NCBI GenBank assembly: GCA_016906335.1
Contig: JADEYG010000015.1
Span: 806,001 to 870,000 of the forward strand
Length of the DNA stretch: 64,000 nt
DNA from: Novakomyces olei
Taxonomy: Eukaryota
Reading direction: 5' to 3'
Under the pieces are notes generated by a model. That model was not told where the DNA came from, made no database searches, and was given only the letters and a program-made list of their open reading frames with translations. Shown piece after piece: positions 24,505 to 37,910 of this stretch. The translations under genes and the position numbers were made by a program. The stretch's first letter is position 1; each line of letters opens with the position of its first letter.

Positions 24505-25340
24505 TTAAAAAGCGTCCGTCTCTCCCCTTTCACTAGCAAACATGCTATGGATCAGCTCCTCCATTGGTGCCATATCCTCTGCACGAATCAGGCTATTATT
24601 AGCATTGAGCAGTTGAAGAAAAAGCAGTAACTCTAAACTTACTCGTATGCCTTGCTGAAGAGCACGAAATGCTTGAAACTAGTGTTTAGATGCGCTTCTT
24701 GTCCCTGCCAGTTAGAGTTGCGGTTCAGTACTCGAGCTTACCAGAGCCTGTACGATATTGTAATGCGACCAGTATATGTGAGCATACACACGAAAGAGTC
24801 TGCTTCATTAGCCCATGAAATCCGCAAAAGAGCCAACCTCTTCCACAGAACGCGGACAGTGCGCATAAAATCTTGTGGAAATTCACACCCGATATCCACG
24901 GGGAAAACTCTTGAATCGTCGAGGACTGTTTGTGCCCAGGAGACTAGCGAATTGATATATGCAGGAGCAGCCAGCATTTGCGGTGTTTCTGGTACGCTGC
25001 CTGGAACGGCCCAGCCATAGCGAAAATGGGGTCCTGCTGTCATTGCAGGGCAGGATGCCTCTGTACAAAACTCGCTCACTGTTCCCCAGAGCATATTGAT
25101 CTGTGTGTAAAACTCGACGGCTTATAGTTAGTAACAGTAACAGCATAATCGCGTACTATTAGACGCAATCCATTCATTGCGGTTCTCGCCCGGTGGCAAC
25201 TGCACGGCTTTACGCAGAGACCCACTGCCTAAAGTTGCTTCTGCAAACTGACGGAGCAGGTACTGCTTAGATCCAACAGGTTCCTTACGCGGCCGAAACG
25301 TGTTTACATTAGACCGCTTGCCCAGCGCAAAGAAGGACAT
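24505..25340 (-). CDS. mob1: Mob1 kinase co-activator
   Basis: TFRP, LRQFAEATLGSGSLRKAVQLPPGE..NEWIA, INMLWGTVSEFCT..SCPAMTAG, KRLFRVYAHIY..H, EAHLNTSFKHF; four short introns. Confidence 0.95.
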
Positions 25341-26489
25341 GATTTGGATTCAATCAGATTTGATGTAAAGTTTCACCTTTTAAGGGCACTGTTGTTGGTG
25401 TAAACAAACGGTTGTCAGCGTATATGCGTAAAGGTACAAAGAGTTTATAGTGGACGTTTAGTATATGGATAAAAGCGTACTTTATTTCACGTTCAAAATT
25501 ACGATTGATATATTATATTGGAAACAAGCTAAATTAAAGTAACACAAATGTCTAATTAAAATTAAATAAAAACAAAAGTTGAATTACAGGTAGACCCGCG
25601 CTTTTAATAAATTATATTAGAATAATAAAGAATAAATTAGTCCCCTATTACTTTCTAGTCGGTATATATATATCCATGATGTATATTGGCTTGTATAATT
25701 GTCTGCTGTACACGAACAATAAATATGAGATGGTGTATGTACAAAATCAGTATGGAGCCGCCGGCGCCAGACTTCACCGCAGAACCGATCTCTACTCAAC
25801 CAAATAACCGCAAAATATTGGCGATCAGTACTGTGGATCCGAAAACCAATAAACAGAGCCCTTGAGCCCAATAAAGACAGCGTACCGGCGGTCGTGAAAG
25901 TTTGAAATTAATGTTTATCTGAAAAATAGTACAGACTGCAAACCGAGAAAAGAAACGCCAAACGCATTATAACTTTATCGCACAGAACAATCTGTAAAGC
26001 CTGCGGGCAACTTTCGTAAAAGTCCACACTTTGATACCGCGCTGATGATTTATGAGCCCCTCCTGAACAAAACAATAACGATATAGATCCCAAGCTTCTG
26101 TACCAGTCTCAAATCTCGACAAAAGGCAATTAATCCGGTACCAAACCCCCAAATCCTAAGCCACTCAAAACACGAATTCACAGTAAGCCCATTATGTAGT
26201 GTATAATAACGATTGTACAATGTTAAAGCAGTGTATAAAACAGACAAACAAAAAATCTGATCTGTCGTCAATTAAAAAAATAAAAGAGCCAACGATCCAA
26301 TAAATAAATGGGAAATAAATAGGTAAACAGAAAGAACTAAACAAAATTCATCTCCCGTCTGTCGAAAATGATGGCCTCTATGGCGAGGCGTAGCCTTATT
26401 TAAACTAAACCCAAAAACTTTTCAAGTCAAGTCGAGCACCGCAGACGATACGGAGCTTGATGAAATATTCAAACAGAACTCTGAGCAGT

Positions 26490-29270
26490 TTAAGGAACTC
26501 TCCGAGAGGAATTTGGGCCAGTCGTGCCTGGCAGGGGCGAGTACACTGGGCTGATAGGCGGCTGCATCATGTACGGAACAAATTGGGACGACGATAGCTG
26601 TAATTGCCGATCGCGGAAATACTCATGCCTTTGTGCAGCGTGAGACCTTTGCGCAAACGATGACTGTGCATCTGCATTAATCGAACTTTGATCGTGCATG
26701 CCTACTTGTTGCTGGTAAGGACTAAAAGGCGGCTGAGGTAATTGATGAGCCAGCTGATGCTGAGAAGCAGACATAAAAGGAGCAGGAGGCTGATGCTGAT
26801 GCTGATGCTGATGCTGATGCTGATGCTGATGCTGCGGAGGAGCAGGCCTGAATCCAGAGGGCCAAGTCTGCAGTGTGGGACCAGTGACTCCAGAGCCAGC
26901 ATTGGCAACGCCAGCAGGAACGTCTCCAGAGGCAGCGACACTTTTCCCACCCGGCGGAACAGAAAACGAATCGGCTATCTGTGTTGTTGGATCTATAGCA
27001 CACATCCAGATACGCGTCTTATATATCTTGAACAGGTCACGTACAAGTTCCCTGAAATCCACACGGACATTGCTCGTGTAGTAGAACGTAAGCTTACGTC
27101 TGTCCCACTGATACTCGCCGTCAACGGCCTCCATCGGCAATCCCCGTTGCCTTACTTTTGTGTTGCAGACCATCGTTGCCTGTGCTTCATCCTGTCCTTT
27201 GTTGATCAGCATAGCTACTTCGCTTGGGTGAGCCAGCCTGTAGATTTGTTTAAGCGAAAAGTTCCCCAGTCCTCCTCCTCCTCCCCCACTACCTCCTTCA
27301 GCCCCGTGTAGATGCTGTTGGGGCTGCTGTTCAGACTGAAGAGCTGACTGGGAGTTCAAGATCTGTTGCTGGGCGGCATGCTGCCTTTCCTTGGCCTTCA
27401 CTACACTTTCAAAGGGTAAATCTTCAGCAATTACTTTCCCAAGATCACGGCCTCGGTCGGCTTCCACAATAACAAGGTCTCCCGTATGCACTGCTAACCC
27501 TGAGCTCTCAGGGACATAGAGAACGTCCGAACGGCAAGCTTTAAATTCGACCAGGTAAAGTTTGCCTGGAGGATTTGCGCCTCCGTGCTTGGTGGCGTTG
27601 GCACCTGCAGCTTTGCCGTTTGCCTGGTGCTTGGACTGCTGGTGCCTCTGAGCCTGTGAAGATTTCTGCTGCTGCTCTTGCTGCTGTACAATATCATTCA
27701 ATGAAGCAGACAAGTTTGGGTCTGCTGCGGAATTAATACCAGCAGGATTAACGCCAGCACGTGCACGTCTATGCTCGTCATTGGAAAAGTACCGGTCAAC
27801 CTCAGACATTACTGCACCGAAATTAGGGGATCCAACAGCATGAGGGTCGACGGCGGCGCCGGTGCTACCATTGGACCTCTGCCGAGACAGTTCGTCATTC
27901 ATATTCAAAGACCGAAGGCTGTGTGCGAGATCGTGAGCGTTTGTTTCAGAAAACGCCAGACCAGAAGGCCCGGTAGAGTCCCCATTCAAATCCTGGGCGT
28001 CTACCATCTTTGATTGCTGTTGTTGTTGTTGTTGTTGGTGCTGCTGAGTGTCACGGATGGTGTTGGCCAGCGAGTTCTTTCCCACTGAAACCTGTTGTGC
28101 CGCAGCATAGTTGCTCTGCTGGTTCTGTAAAAGGCTGCGTGACAGGCTCAAGTACGTCTGCTGCTGCTGCCTATGGTGCTCGAGCTGGCCGAGCGAGAAG
28201 GAGAAACTGCGCTGCTTGTTCCCCTCTGTACTGCCGGCGTAGGGCAGCTGATGGTGGTCGGAAATAAAACTGCCTGTGCCGGAGCCATTGCTGTTGTTGT
28301 TACTACTAAGCTGCATCGCTGGTGCAGTGCTTGCCCAAATGTTTGGGCTGCCACCGCTGGCGGTATCGCTGCTTCTGGCTCCCGGCGAAGTTGGGCCTGG
28401 AGCGGGCAGTCCACCGGGCCACCTGATGCCATTATTGCCCGCAGAAGTACCGTTATTCGCTGCATCAGCAGGCCAACCATTCGTTGCTTCCGCAGCGGCC
28501 TTTTCGCTTTGGAATAAAGCGGGGTTTGCGAGTGAGGCGTGACTGTCACCGAACGGATCAGTGGGCCTTCCTCCGCTGTTTGAAAAGGACAAGCGCTCTG
28601 TGTTTCGATGGTCTCCTACTGCGCCAACTGCGCGCGGCCTAATTTCCGCAGCATAACTAGGCCGGCGAGAGGCCAATGCTGAGGACAGCCCGTTTCGAGC
28701 TCCCTCAGGCGAAAAAGACCACCGTATTGCATCTTGCTCATTGGCAAAAACAGAGGCAAAAGAGTGTTTCAGGCTCTGCAGAGCTTCGCCGTGGTCAGAC
28801 GTTCGAGAGGCTCTAGAGTTGCGAAAATTTCCAGCATTACTCAGCCCCGCTGGAGGACCTGTCTGGTCTCCCTGGGCGCCTCCTGTACTACCAGCGTTTG
28901 CTAAACTGACATTTGCTAAACTGCCCACCCAGGGCTCCTCCCCATCATCCTCATCGTCCTCGTAAAACACGTCCGAGTGGTAAAAAGTAGGCGATCGCAT
29001 GGCTGTGGCCGAAGGCATTTCGCCCAGCGACTGGTGTTTCCGTGGGCTGTTGAGCGCCTGTGATCCTACTGTCGAGGCAATAGTAAAAGGCGCCGCCGAT
29101 GAAATATCGCTGCCGGCACTTTCAAGCGGGAGCGAGAATCGCGCAGCAGACTGCCGCACAGATCGTGGTTGGGGAGCACTGCCGTCGCTGCTCCCGTCAC
29201 TGCTAAATTTATCGGCGTCAAAGTACTGAAGATGCGTGGCCGCTGTGCCAACGCCACGACCCCGATCCAT
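26490..29270 (-). CDS. PSP1-family protein (PSP1 C-terminal domain) with Q/H-rich low-complexity regions
   Basis: LYLVEFKACRSDV, GDLVIVEADRGRDLGKV, KQIYRLA, EYQWDRRKLTFYY...RVDFRELVRDLFKIYKTRIWMCA. Confidence 0.92.
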   Translation of the reverse strand: MDRGRGVGTAATHLQYFDADKFSSDGSSDGSAPQPRSVRQSAARFSLPLESAGSDISSAAPFTIASTVGSQALNSPRKHQSLGEMPSATAMRSPTFYHSDVFYEDDEDDGEEPWVGSLANVSLANAGSTGGAQGDQTGPPAGLSNAGNFRNSRASRTSDHGEALQSLKHSFASVFANEQDAIRWSFSPEGARNGLSSALASRRPSYAAEIRPRAVGAVGDHRNTERLSFSNSGGRPTDPFGDSHASLANPALFQSEKAAAEATNGWPADAANNGTSAGNNGIRWPGGLPAPGPTSPGARSSDTASGGSPNIWASTAPAMQLSSNNNSNGSGTGSFISDHHQLPYAGSTEGNKQRSFSFSLGQLEHHRQQQQTYLSLSRSLLQNQQSNYAAAQQVSVGKNSLANTIRDTQQHQQQQQQQQSKMVDAQDLNGDSTGPSGLAFSETNAHDLAHSLRSLNMNDELSRQRSNGSTGAAVDPHAVGSPNFGAVMSEVDRYFSNDEHRRARAGVNPAGINSAADPNLSASLNDIVQQQEQQQKSSQAQRHQQSKHQANGKAAGANATKHGGANPPGKLYLVEFKACRSDVLYVPESSGLAVHTGDLVIVEADRGRDLGKVIAEDLPFESVVKAKERQHAAQQQILNSQSALQSEQQPQQHLHGAEGGSGGGGGGLGNFSLKQIYRLAHPSEVAMLINKGQDEAQATMVCNTKVRQRGLPMEAVDGEYQWDRRKLTFYYTSNVRVDFRELVRDLFKIYKTRIWMCAIDPTTQIADSFSVPPGGKSVAASGDVPAGVANAGSGVTGPTLQTWPSGFRPAPPQHQHQHQHQHQHQHQPPAPFMSASQHQLAHQLPQPPFSPYQQQVGMHDQSSINADAQSSFAQRSHAAQRHEYFRDRQLQLSSSQFVPYMMQPPISPVYSPLPGTTGPNSSRRVP

Positions 29271-29675
29271 GTGGGGAATGCAGTGTGCTCTCTAAAGTGT
29301 GAAATTCATACTATTGCGTAGACCACTATATAATTAATCTACAGTGAGAATTTAAGGCACTAATTGCGGAGACGCTTGCTTATAGGTGCGTTGGCGTAGC
29401 AGATATTCGCGCATAGTTATACGATATTCTTAAATTCGATGGCTCAATGAAATGATTCGCTGATACGGATTCGCTTATTTCGGTATGAGATTCTACCATA
29501 TTGTGCTCATACTCGAGTTTGCGAGGAAATAATGTGTGTCGTGTGTGTATAAACCGGTTCAAGTCTGCTCTTGCAACGACGCACCTAATTCGCTTTTGCG
29601 TCGTGCTTTTTTGCCTGCTGAAATTTGGCGTACGTTACACCTCTGAGGCTCGAGGTGTTTTATGTCACACGTAGC

Positions 29676-29775
29676 ATTGAATACTGTTAATATTATTGAA
29701 TACTATTAATTTTGTGAATACTGTTAATTTATTGAATACTATTAATTTTGTAAATACTGTTAATATAATTGAAAA
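29676..29775. repeat. Degenerate 18-bp AT-rich minisatellite (GAATACT[AG]TTAAT...), about 5 units
   Basis: Repeated units such as ttgaatactgttaatatta, ttgaatactattaattttg and tgaatactgttaattta. Confidence 0.8.
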
Positions 29776-31075
29776 TGATTGCAACAATGAATACTTTTGC
29801 ATACATTTGAATACTATATATTGTAAGAATCACAATAGTGAAATGTACATGGCTTCTCGTTGTCAAGTGGCCGGCTCGCTACCCTAGCACACTCCATCTT
29901 ATTTTCGATGCCTAGTACATTTTCATGATTTGTTTTTATTTTCGTTTTTATGTCTGGATTCTCGTTGTTTTGGGGTGGACTGGGCTTTTAGACTACAAGG
30001 GACTAGTTAGGTGGTCCTTGCCTCAGCCTATTATTCTATTCGTTTAGATGGCACGCCAAACGACTCTTAATGCTTACTCCTCATTTTTGATATTGGGCAT
30101 TGAAGCTGGTTTGGGTTAGTCTTACGTGATGAGCTGGTAAAGGGGACAAGTTTGGCTGTCATTGTCAAAAAGCATACTTCGAGCGATCATTTGCCCGTAT
30201 GGACGATTTTCATTACAGGCATAAACACACCCCGCCCTTACTTGAATTCACTTTTATTTGATTGCTTGCTTACAAGCCAAGTCATGTTCCTGCCACCCCG
30301 CCAAATTAGCCACGTGGAAATCAGGCGCGCCTTACGTATCCCCTTTTGTATGGCGTCAACTTGACCGAACCGTGGCTTTTGAAGTGTAATCAGATAATAA
30401 TCTAAAAAGGATTCTTTTCTCCAATTTTGAGTATACGTAAACTGATAGGGGCATATCACACAGTACTGTTTCATTGATCGCCGTATCGGCAAATCAATGG
30501 TAATATTCTATCGGTTTTACTAGTACTTCAATTAGCCTGTACGCTGATCGGTCTATAAAATCTTGGCTGTATGCCAGATGTATCGCTGTATTGGTCTTAA
30601 ATATATTATTTTCTGCTCGGTGATATACACCGCATCTCTCTTTACAGGATATCGTCATTAAGTTTATAGGGCAAAGACCCTTTTATTCTTTCCGCACTAT
30701 TATGGCTGTGGGTGCGGGGGATTAAGTTTTAAAGTTGAGTGAGACTGTCAAAGATTGATAATATGAGGAAACATTTATGGTCTGAGTTTTCGTGTCCATA
30801 ATAGCCTTGTGTCCCGCTCTCTGGGAAATGAGTATGCTTGTGATACGCTTCGTATCGAAACGAAAAACGCGCTGGAATTGTAGTACATTATATACTGCGA
30901 CTTGAAGTATTATACAATTGACATATTACTGACTCTCTCAAGGCTGTAAGGTAGTCCAGTACATGCCGCTGATGACCGATTGATTATTCGCGTAAAGCAT
31001 GCTAAAATAGTTTGAAAATGTAAAGACCAAACCCCCAATGTTCTTCAACAATGTATTCATTCAAGTTTCATAATA

Positions 31076-31588
31076 TTAATGAACGTTCGCAGTCGCCCAT
31101 GGTTGCGCGAGTGCCGCCGTTTCATTCGCGGATTCTACTTGAGCATAATGAGCAGATATTGCGGACATTGTGCCTTGAGCCAAAATGTTTACACGTTTGG
31201 CAGAATTTGCTTGTCTCTGTGCAACCGAATTGAGTCTTACACTTGTCTCGTGGCTCAAAAGAGACGATGTAGCCTGGCCATTACCCTCCTTCATCCATTG
31301 CTGTGTCTTTTGCCGCAGCTCTTGCAGGATATCATCCCCGCTAGATAGTATTATAGCTTCCTTTTCCTCCAACGACAAATCTGGCAGCTCTTGTTCCGCT
31401 GCTACTTGCCACTGCAGACCAAAAGATGTGTAGCCATTCAGGTACGCGTCGACCAACGGCTCTTGTTCGCGTAAACGTGCCAATTGCGCATTTAGTTGGT
31501 TCACGCGTGAAGCAATGGTACTAATCCAAAGGTCCACCCTTACGGCCTCCAGTCGAGCTATGCGTGCCGCTAAATTGAGCTCGTCCAT
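31076..31588 (-). CDS. Coiled-coil protein, probably dynactin subunit 3 (p24/RO-10)-like
   Basis: MDELNLAARIARLEA..., LSLEEKEAIILS and a C-terminal coiled coil. Size and motif layout recall DCTN3; the family call is tentative. Confidence 0.5.
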   Translation of the reverse strand: MDELNLAARIARLEAVRVDLWISTIASRVNQLNAQLARLREQEPLVDAYLNGYTSFGLQWQVAAEQELPDLSLEEKEAIILSSGDDILQELRQKTQQWMKEGNGQATSSLLSHETSVRLNSVAQRQANSAKRVNILAQGTMSAISAHYAQVESANETAALAQPWATANVH

Positions 31589-31769
31589 TGGCACACGTAT
31601 CGTCCGCTCGATGAGAGCGTTATACCTTTTATCAGACCGTTGTACGGTGGTCACGTTGTACGTGTGGCCACAATAGCACTCTGATAAGAGTATAATAAGA
31701 GTATACTATATAGTATAGAATAAAATAATAAAAAAGGAGGAAGAGTACAACGGTATACCGTAGCAACCA

Positions 31770-32620
31770 ATGGCGCCGGCTCGTACAAAGATAAAGCTGG
31801 GCCGTACTCTGCAAGACGCGTCAGTACCGCTTTCGTACTTTGCCATTCGCTGTATGAAGTGTAATTGTGTTTTATTAACGCGCAGATTCCTTTATCCCAC
31901 CGTCTCTCAACGACCAGGTGGGTATTTTGCACCGGCTGGAAGGCGGCCAGTGTAGTATAGACTACCCGAAACCAGAGGTAAGTGCAGGCAGATTTACGGC
32001 AGCTAAATGGAAAGGTCGGCCACTATGAAGGGAAACTGGATCCGGCTAAAGACGAGTACGTACTGCTCCACGACGCAAAGGAGCAATGCTACGTTCTCGA
32101 ACGGTTACAGGCAGTAGCACGTCTGCGTATGATTAAAGTGCCTACTCGGAGACAGCCACCGCATCAAGCGAATACTGTTAATGGTCCTGCAGTCGGGGCA
32201 GCTTCTACCCCGGCTGCTGCGTCACCGACGGCTGAAGCGAAACCGGAGCCAAAGAAGCGGCTACGCAACTCGGCAGCCTCACCCTCTACAAGTACGAAAA
32301 AGCGGAAAAGTACTGGGACTAGCGCTCCACGGTCTGCCAAGTCTGCTTCTACGACTAAAAGTTCGGCAAAATCGGCATCCAGTGCAGTAAAGTCTGCCTC
32401 TAAAACCGGGTCTTGTGCTAATGTTGGACTGGATGCTGAGGAGGAAGACGACTATGATATGGAGTCCTTTACACAGGAATTGACGCAAGAACTAGAGCAG
32501 CAGCAGAAAGAGCAGCCTCAGCATCCTCCTCCATCTGTACCCCGCCGCAATTCTTTGCGCTTGCGTACGCTTGCTCACGCTGCTTCAAACGATTCGGAGT
32601 CGAGTGAGGACGATGCCTAA
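31770..32620 (+). CDS. eaf1: ELL-associated factor (EAF) domain protein
   Basis: Two short introns give IKLGRTL...YFAIRYSFIPPS...HYEGKLDPAKDEYVLLHD...YVLERL; acidic Ser-rich C-terminus. The symbol is used in the S. pombe sense. Confidence 0.75.
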
Positions 32621-32716
32621 AAGTGTTGAACTGTTGGCCATTATCTTCATTATTAAAGTAGTATATACACAACAATTGTCTATACGCACACTATAGCTTA
32701 TCCACTGCCTCTTTGA

Positions 32717-33777
32717 TTATGCTGGGGGCTCCTGTACCGACGGTGCACCTCCCACGCTGCCGTTTGAAGCAACGCTGTTTCGTGCCGCGAGAGCACGTAC
32801 ATCAAATTTGACTCCACAAGTAAGACAGGAATCATGTGGCTCACAGAATATAGACAAACATACAGAACACACGAATCCGATTTCGATCACTCGCTTATGG
32901 CAGAAACATGCAGCTTGAAAATTTATATCGCTTCCACGTTGTGCAATAAGATGCTTGCGAAGCGCCTGCTCCGGCAGAAATTTCATCTGTTCCATTTAGC
33001 ACAGAAATCAAATACTCTTATCATTACCAAGAGATGTTGCAGTAAAGCTCGAATAGAAGCCACAGACTCGTATATCCCAGACGTTGTATCTGCAGCCTGC
33101 TGCAAAAATACAGTCTTGCCCTTGAGCTTACACACGTCGATAGGAATACGCTATTGATCAGAATACTATTCATTTTACAAATATGCCATTAAAAGCATCG
33201 AATAAAACTAGGGGCATACCTTCTTTTGTGCACAAAAGATGGCATTCATTGTTGCCACATACTGATCAGCCGCATCCTCACTCACACTAAGAACCAGTAT
33301 CCGAGAGTCAAGCGCTGCGGATGACGTATTCCCACCAAGGCCACTGGCAATCTGTTTTCGATGTATAAACGAAAGAGCCAGCGCTAACGCACCGGAAATT
33401 TTGGGCCGCGAATCTGCCGATACCTTGGCTTCTGATTTAAGCAGTACTTCCAAGCCACTAATGACTCGCTCATCAACAGTTCGAAACGCACTGTACCCGT
33501 GCATGTGCGCAGCACTGGCCTGATGCTCATCCGGTGCAGGATAAAGGTAGACGGCACGATCAGTGTGCGCCGCAATAACAGCGCACGTATTCCTGGGCGA
33601 TATTGCTAAATGCGCATTGAGAAAAACACACAAGTCTGCGGCCGCCCGTCTTAAAGTCTGCGTTTTATCATCTGAATCTGGTTCGAGAGCGAGCCAGGCC
33701 AGAGGATTGGTGTCAATCACCACAACTAGTAGGCTCGGGTTGTCGTCTATTTTTTCTGTTAGAATACGATCAGTCAT
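32717..33777 (-). CDS. tfb4: TFIIH subunit Tfb4 (p34)
   Basis: PSLLVVVIDTNP, VFLNAHLA, ISGALALALSFI, QYVATMNAIFCAQK; intron about 33152-33219; IPIDVC, FLQQAADTTSGIY, AACFCHKRVIEIGFVCSVCLSIFC zinc finger. Confidence 0.95.
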
Positions 33778-34536
33778 TCAGCGTACCTTCAGAGATAAAG
33801 TCGACTCGCTCACTCGGTCGCAGTGTGCGGAATCCGTCCATGCTATAGCATGACGATTAGTACTGTGGCAGGCAAGAATTGTATGCTTTAATTTATCCAT
33901 ATACTCTGCGACTGCAGTACTATTATTACCAGGCCCACCGTTCCATTTACTATATAATATTATAGTATGACCAGTGGTATGGCCAATCATACGCTTCTAG
34001 AGACAAGACCGTTCTGATGAAGAAAGGGCAAATGGGGTTTAGAAGTGCTTTTCGATGATGCATTGAATTAAATATTGTACATAATGCGAACAACGTTTGA
34101 CAAGGCAATTGAATGAACTTATGCAACTTTAACAGATGGGTTGTACGGGGACGAATCATTGATTCATTTGCTTAACGATAGGCTTTTTACCAATTTGTAT
34201 TATATGAAAATTAAATTTCTAGTGTCGTATCTCAAGACCACGAGTAGCGCAAAGTCAAGTATTGGAGACAATCGACATAAACATAAATCAGAAATACTGC
34301 ACGAAAGGCGATTGAGCATACCTCTAGGAGCTGTCATTTGGTCTAGAGGAGCTGCGTTGAAATAGTTTCTCTAGCAACTATTGGCCTTGTAGAAGATGGT
34401 CAATATGATCTCCAAAAGGCCGAGTCTGCCTTTCTTTACCCCCAAGCATATATAAGTAAATAAATAAATAAATAGAAAGAAAGAAAGAAAGAAATAATAT
34501 TTTACTACATTCGATCTACTCTTCCTCTTAATTGGC

Positions 34537-35059
34537 ATGGACCCACCGCGTAAGCGGCGAGCGCTTTCGCCTACGTCGCTGCAGCGAAGGCAACTGGAAG
34601 CTTTGATTAAACGACCAGAACTTGCAGAAGATCGGCCACCACCAAAAGTGAAGAAGGTAAAAGAATATGTGGCACCTCCGCCGGAGTTTATCAACAATAT
34701 TCAAGGTAAGGCTTTGATAGACATGGTTTTGTACTCATTGGAAATGCTTATACCGCTCAGGATCGTCTGCAGGCGCTGGATCTGGAGAATTTCATGTGTA
34801 CAAAAATAGCAGATTACGGGAGGCAGAGAGGCTTAAAACAATGCAATCCGAAATTGACGCCCAGGCAGCTCAAGAGGAGTTTGAAAAGAAGCGCTTAGAA
34901 ACGCAACGAGATGACGAGGGGCGTACGGAAAAGAATCGTGCAAAAAGACTAAAGAAAAAACTAGCAGCCGCACGGGCAAAGCAGGGTGTGCCTATTAAAC
35001 AACATAGCCAAGAGCCCATTTCGACTGACTCGATGAATACGATTGTCGACGCTCCATGA
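34537..35059 (+). CDS. PRKR-interacting protein 1 homolog (DUF1168)
   Basis: [30 protein letters not shown] across one intron (about 34706-34759); TEKNRAKRLKKK. Confidence 0.92.
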
Positions 35060-35564
35060 ATTGCTATTAGAATGGAGCAAACATTGAGCGAACTGCAAAG
35101 CTCTTTTAAAGCTTTTTTTGTTGAGTGCTATGACGCATTTTAACGTTGTCCTTACAGCATTTAATTGGACGGAAAGAGATCCAATGCCTGTAAGCCTGTA
35201 TAACGTTACAAAGTTTGTGCGGCGATGATAAACGACAGTCTAATGGACAGTCTGAACATCCTACACTGGGCTTATAGAACGGCAAGATGCTACGTTGGCT
35301 GTTCGTTCAGCATAGAGGATGACAATTTACGATGGCTTTGGCATGGTTACGACGGGGTGCACAAAAAAATGGTGCATATGTGTCTTTCGTGCCGGCAGCA
35401 CCAAAACTACGTGGATGTGCATTATCTGGCTTTTAATGCGGCTGTCAAACAGTTGATAATAATTCATTCCTGATACTCACTCTAAATTCATAAAGTTAAA
35501 TAGTTTGAATATCCCAAGGTGTTCAATTCCATGTTCGATTTCATGCCAGTATCTGTATCAAACG

Positions 35565-36227
35565 CTAAATATCCGCATCAATTTGGTCTAAGAAGCTTGC
35601 ATCTTCGGACTCTATCGTCTCCTGCTCTGCATCTTTAAACCAGAGGCGGTCGCCATAAGAAATAAATAGTTCACTGTTAGCCTCAATGTCTTGCAGCGCA
35701 ATGATACGCACTATTCTCTGGTCGTAGTCCTTAACATATCCCACATTTTGCCTTTTTTTTGAATGGTTTAAAAGCGAGAAGCGCCCAAGAACTAGAGCTT
35801 GCGAGCCATTATTCCCCCAGTTTACGGTATATTCGTTTAGAACTGTATGACGCCCATGCTGATTCCATTCTGGAGCCAAAAATTCTATCACCGGACACGT
35901 GTCGATAATGGTGCTTTGGGCTATAAATTTACCTGTGAAAAGGCCACGACCTTTCCCGTCTGTTTCTTGCACAAACAATGCATCGCTGCACCGCAGCTCA
36001 ACACGCTCCACTTTGCCGTACTCTAAATAAGCGATTTTACAACCAACGCGTATAAGACTACGATTTTGTCGTTATAAAAAAAATAATCAGCCAATTAATT
36101 AATATATTCGGGAGGCAGGCTTCCTACATACAACAAAATATTGACTAGTTTACTGTGAGGAACGGAGAGAATGGGTCCAAAATGACTTTGATCGATCAGC
36201 ACTATTGATCTCTGGACTCGGCGACAT
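35565..36227 (-). CDS. Minimal stand-alone SET-domain lysine methyltransferase (S. pombe Set7-like)
   Basis: GKGRGLF, LLNHS, IEANSELFISYG..LWF. The 5' exon (ATG 36227, GTAAAC intron) is inferred; the core ORF is 35565-36011. Confidence 0.8.
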
Positions 36228-37910
36228 TTTAGAAATACGATTACCTGCTTGATGTTTTACGTATTTGATTATATATGTTCCTTAAAGCCGACTTCCTTAC
36301 CACAATTATTGTGACTTTACACTATGCTGGCACATTTTCTAATGACATTTGCGCTACATCTCGTTGCCTCTAATGATACCTATTGCCTTGCTGTTTCATT
36401 TTGCTTGCACGCTTGTCAAAGCTCGCTACCGCTGAAAAAGATTGATCCTTTTTTAACTCGCAAGTCTCCGAACAGCCTTAAATTGCACCGGGGCCACCGT
36501 TTGAATAGGCACTTATCTCTCCCTGACGACTTTGCACCGTGAGTAGCATCGAGAATTGTGCATGGTTCATTGTAATGAGATTAGGGCATAAAATTATGTT
36601 TCATATCCTGTTTGGAGTTTGCTCATCCCAGAGAGTTTTGAACTCAGTTTGGACTTGACAATTGCATGTATCGTTAATGTAACTTTTGCTGGCTAAGATT
36701 TCTGATATTCACAACTTAAATTTGACATAGAGTCTGTGCAGAGCTTGATATTCTTCAATTGGATCTGACCTTTTGCTGTCTGATGAATGCTAAGATTGAT
36801 ATTCCCTTCTTTATGGTTCACACATAGTTTGATCTGGGCTAGTCGAACTGCTATAGACCCTGGATATTTGGGGCTAGACATTTAGGAAGCTTTTTAAAGT
36901 TACTCGCTGCTTTGTGCTCTCTATAACAAAGAGCCATTAGTTCTTTCATGTCTTCACCGGCGTGTAAATGCTTTGACTTTGATGCTGCTATAATGCTGGA
37001 ACTGTTTATGTACTCTATCGTACATTGCAACTGGCATTGAGAAGGGCATATGCTTCCCACCAACTGGTTCACACTATGAGTTTCAGCACACCTCCCCACA
37101 AGGGATACCACGGAAGAGTCATAGGAAAATCCCATACTACGATCGCTTTGATGTATTATTGGGTTATTTTCTTATGTGTTTTTAATATGCGCGACGATAT
37201 AGATGAATTTCACAAGTGCCGCATTCTGTATTTACACATCTGCGTTCACATCTGATTTATACGGGACAGAACTGCCGTGGATCTGAGTGCAGCTTGTTGA
37301 ACAGGATCTGGAGCTGGTCTGCGCCTTCATTTCGACCGATATCATACATCTATTTTGTGTCTCTGCTATATTTTGATTGTTTTATTATTTAATACTCATT
37401 TTTTTTCTTTTACATTCTTATTGCGAGCTATCAATTAATTGCCGCAAGCATCAACCCACGGATATACTCAAAACTGAAGAAAAAAAAAAAGTCCCTCTCT
37501 TTGCAAAATTGATATATAAAGGCGAGGACGAATACTTTGTTGATGCTGGTAACCTGAGATATCTCGCTTTCACTTGAGACGTACATTTTCTTAGTGTTTC
37601 CAGCTGTTGATCCGAACTTATCTGCTACGTATTTCTGTGTCTAAACTTGATCAATTCAAGCGCACCATATACGAAACAGAAACACGGCCAGACTACTCGG
37701 GCTAGAGATATTTGTGCAGAGCAATCTCTGGAAAGTGAGCAATTGTTCCGTTGCGGTACTTATTCAACATACATACTGTTGCCAAGTTTCTTTGGTTGGC
37801 TTTTGTACAGAACATTTGTGCTATACTATCCAGCGTCTGTTTCAACTCTATCTTGGAGCCTCTAAAATCGTTACGCACAAACTTGGATCGCTTCTTATTT
37901 ACAAAGCTAT

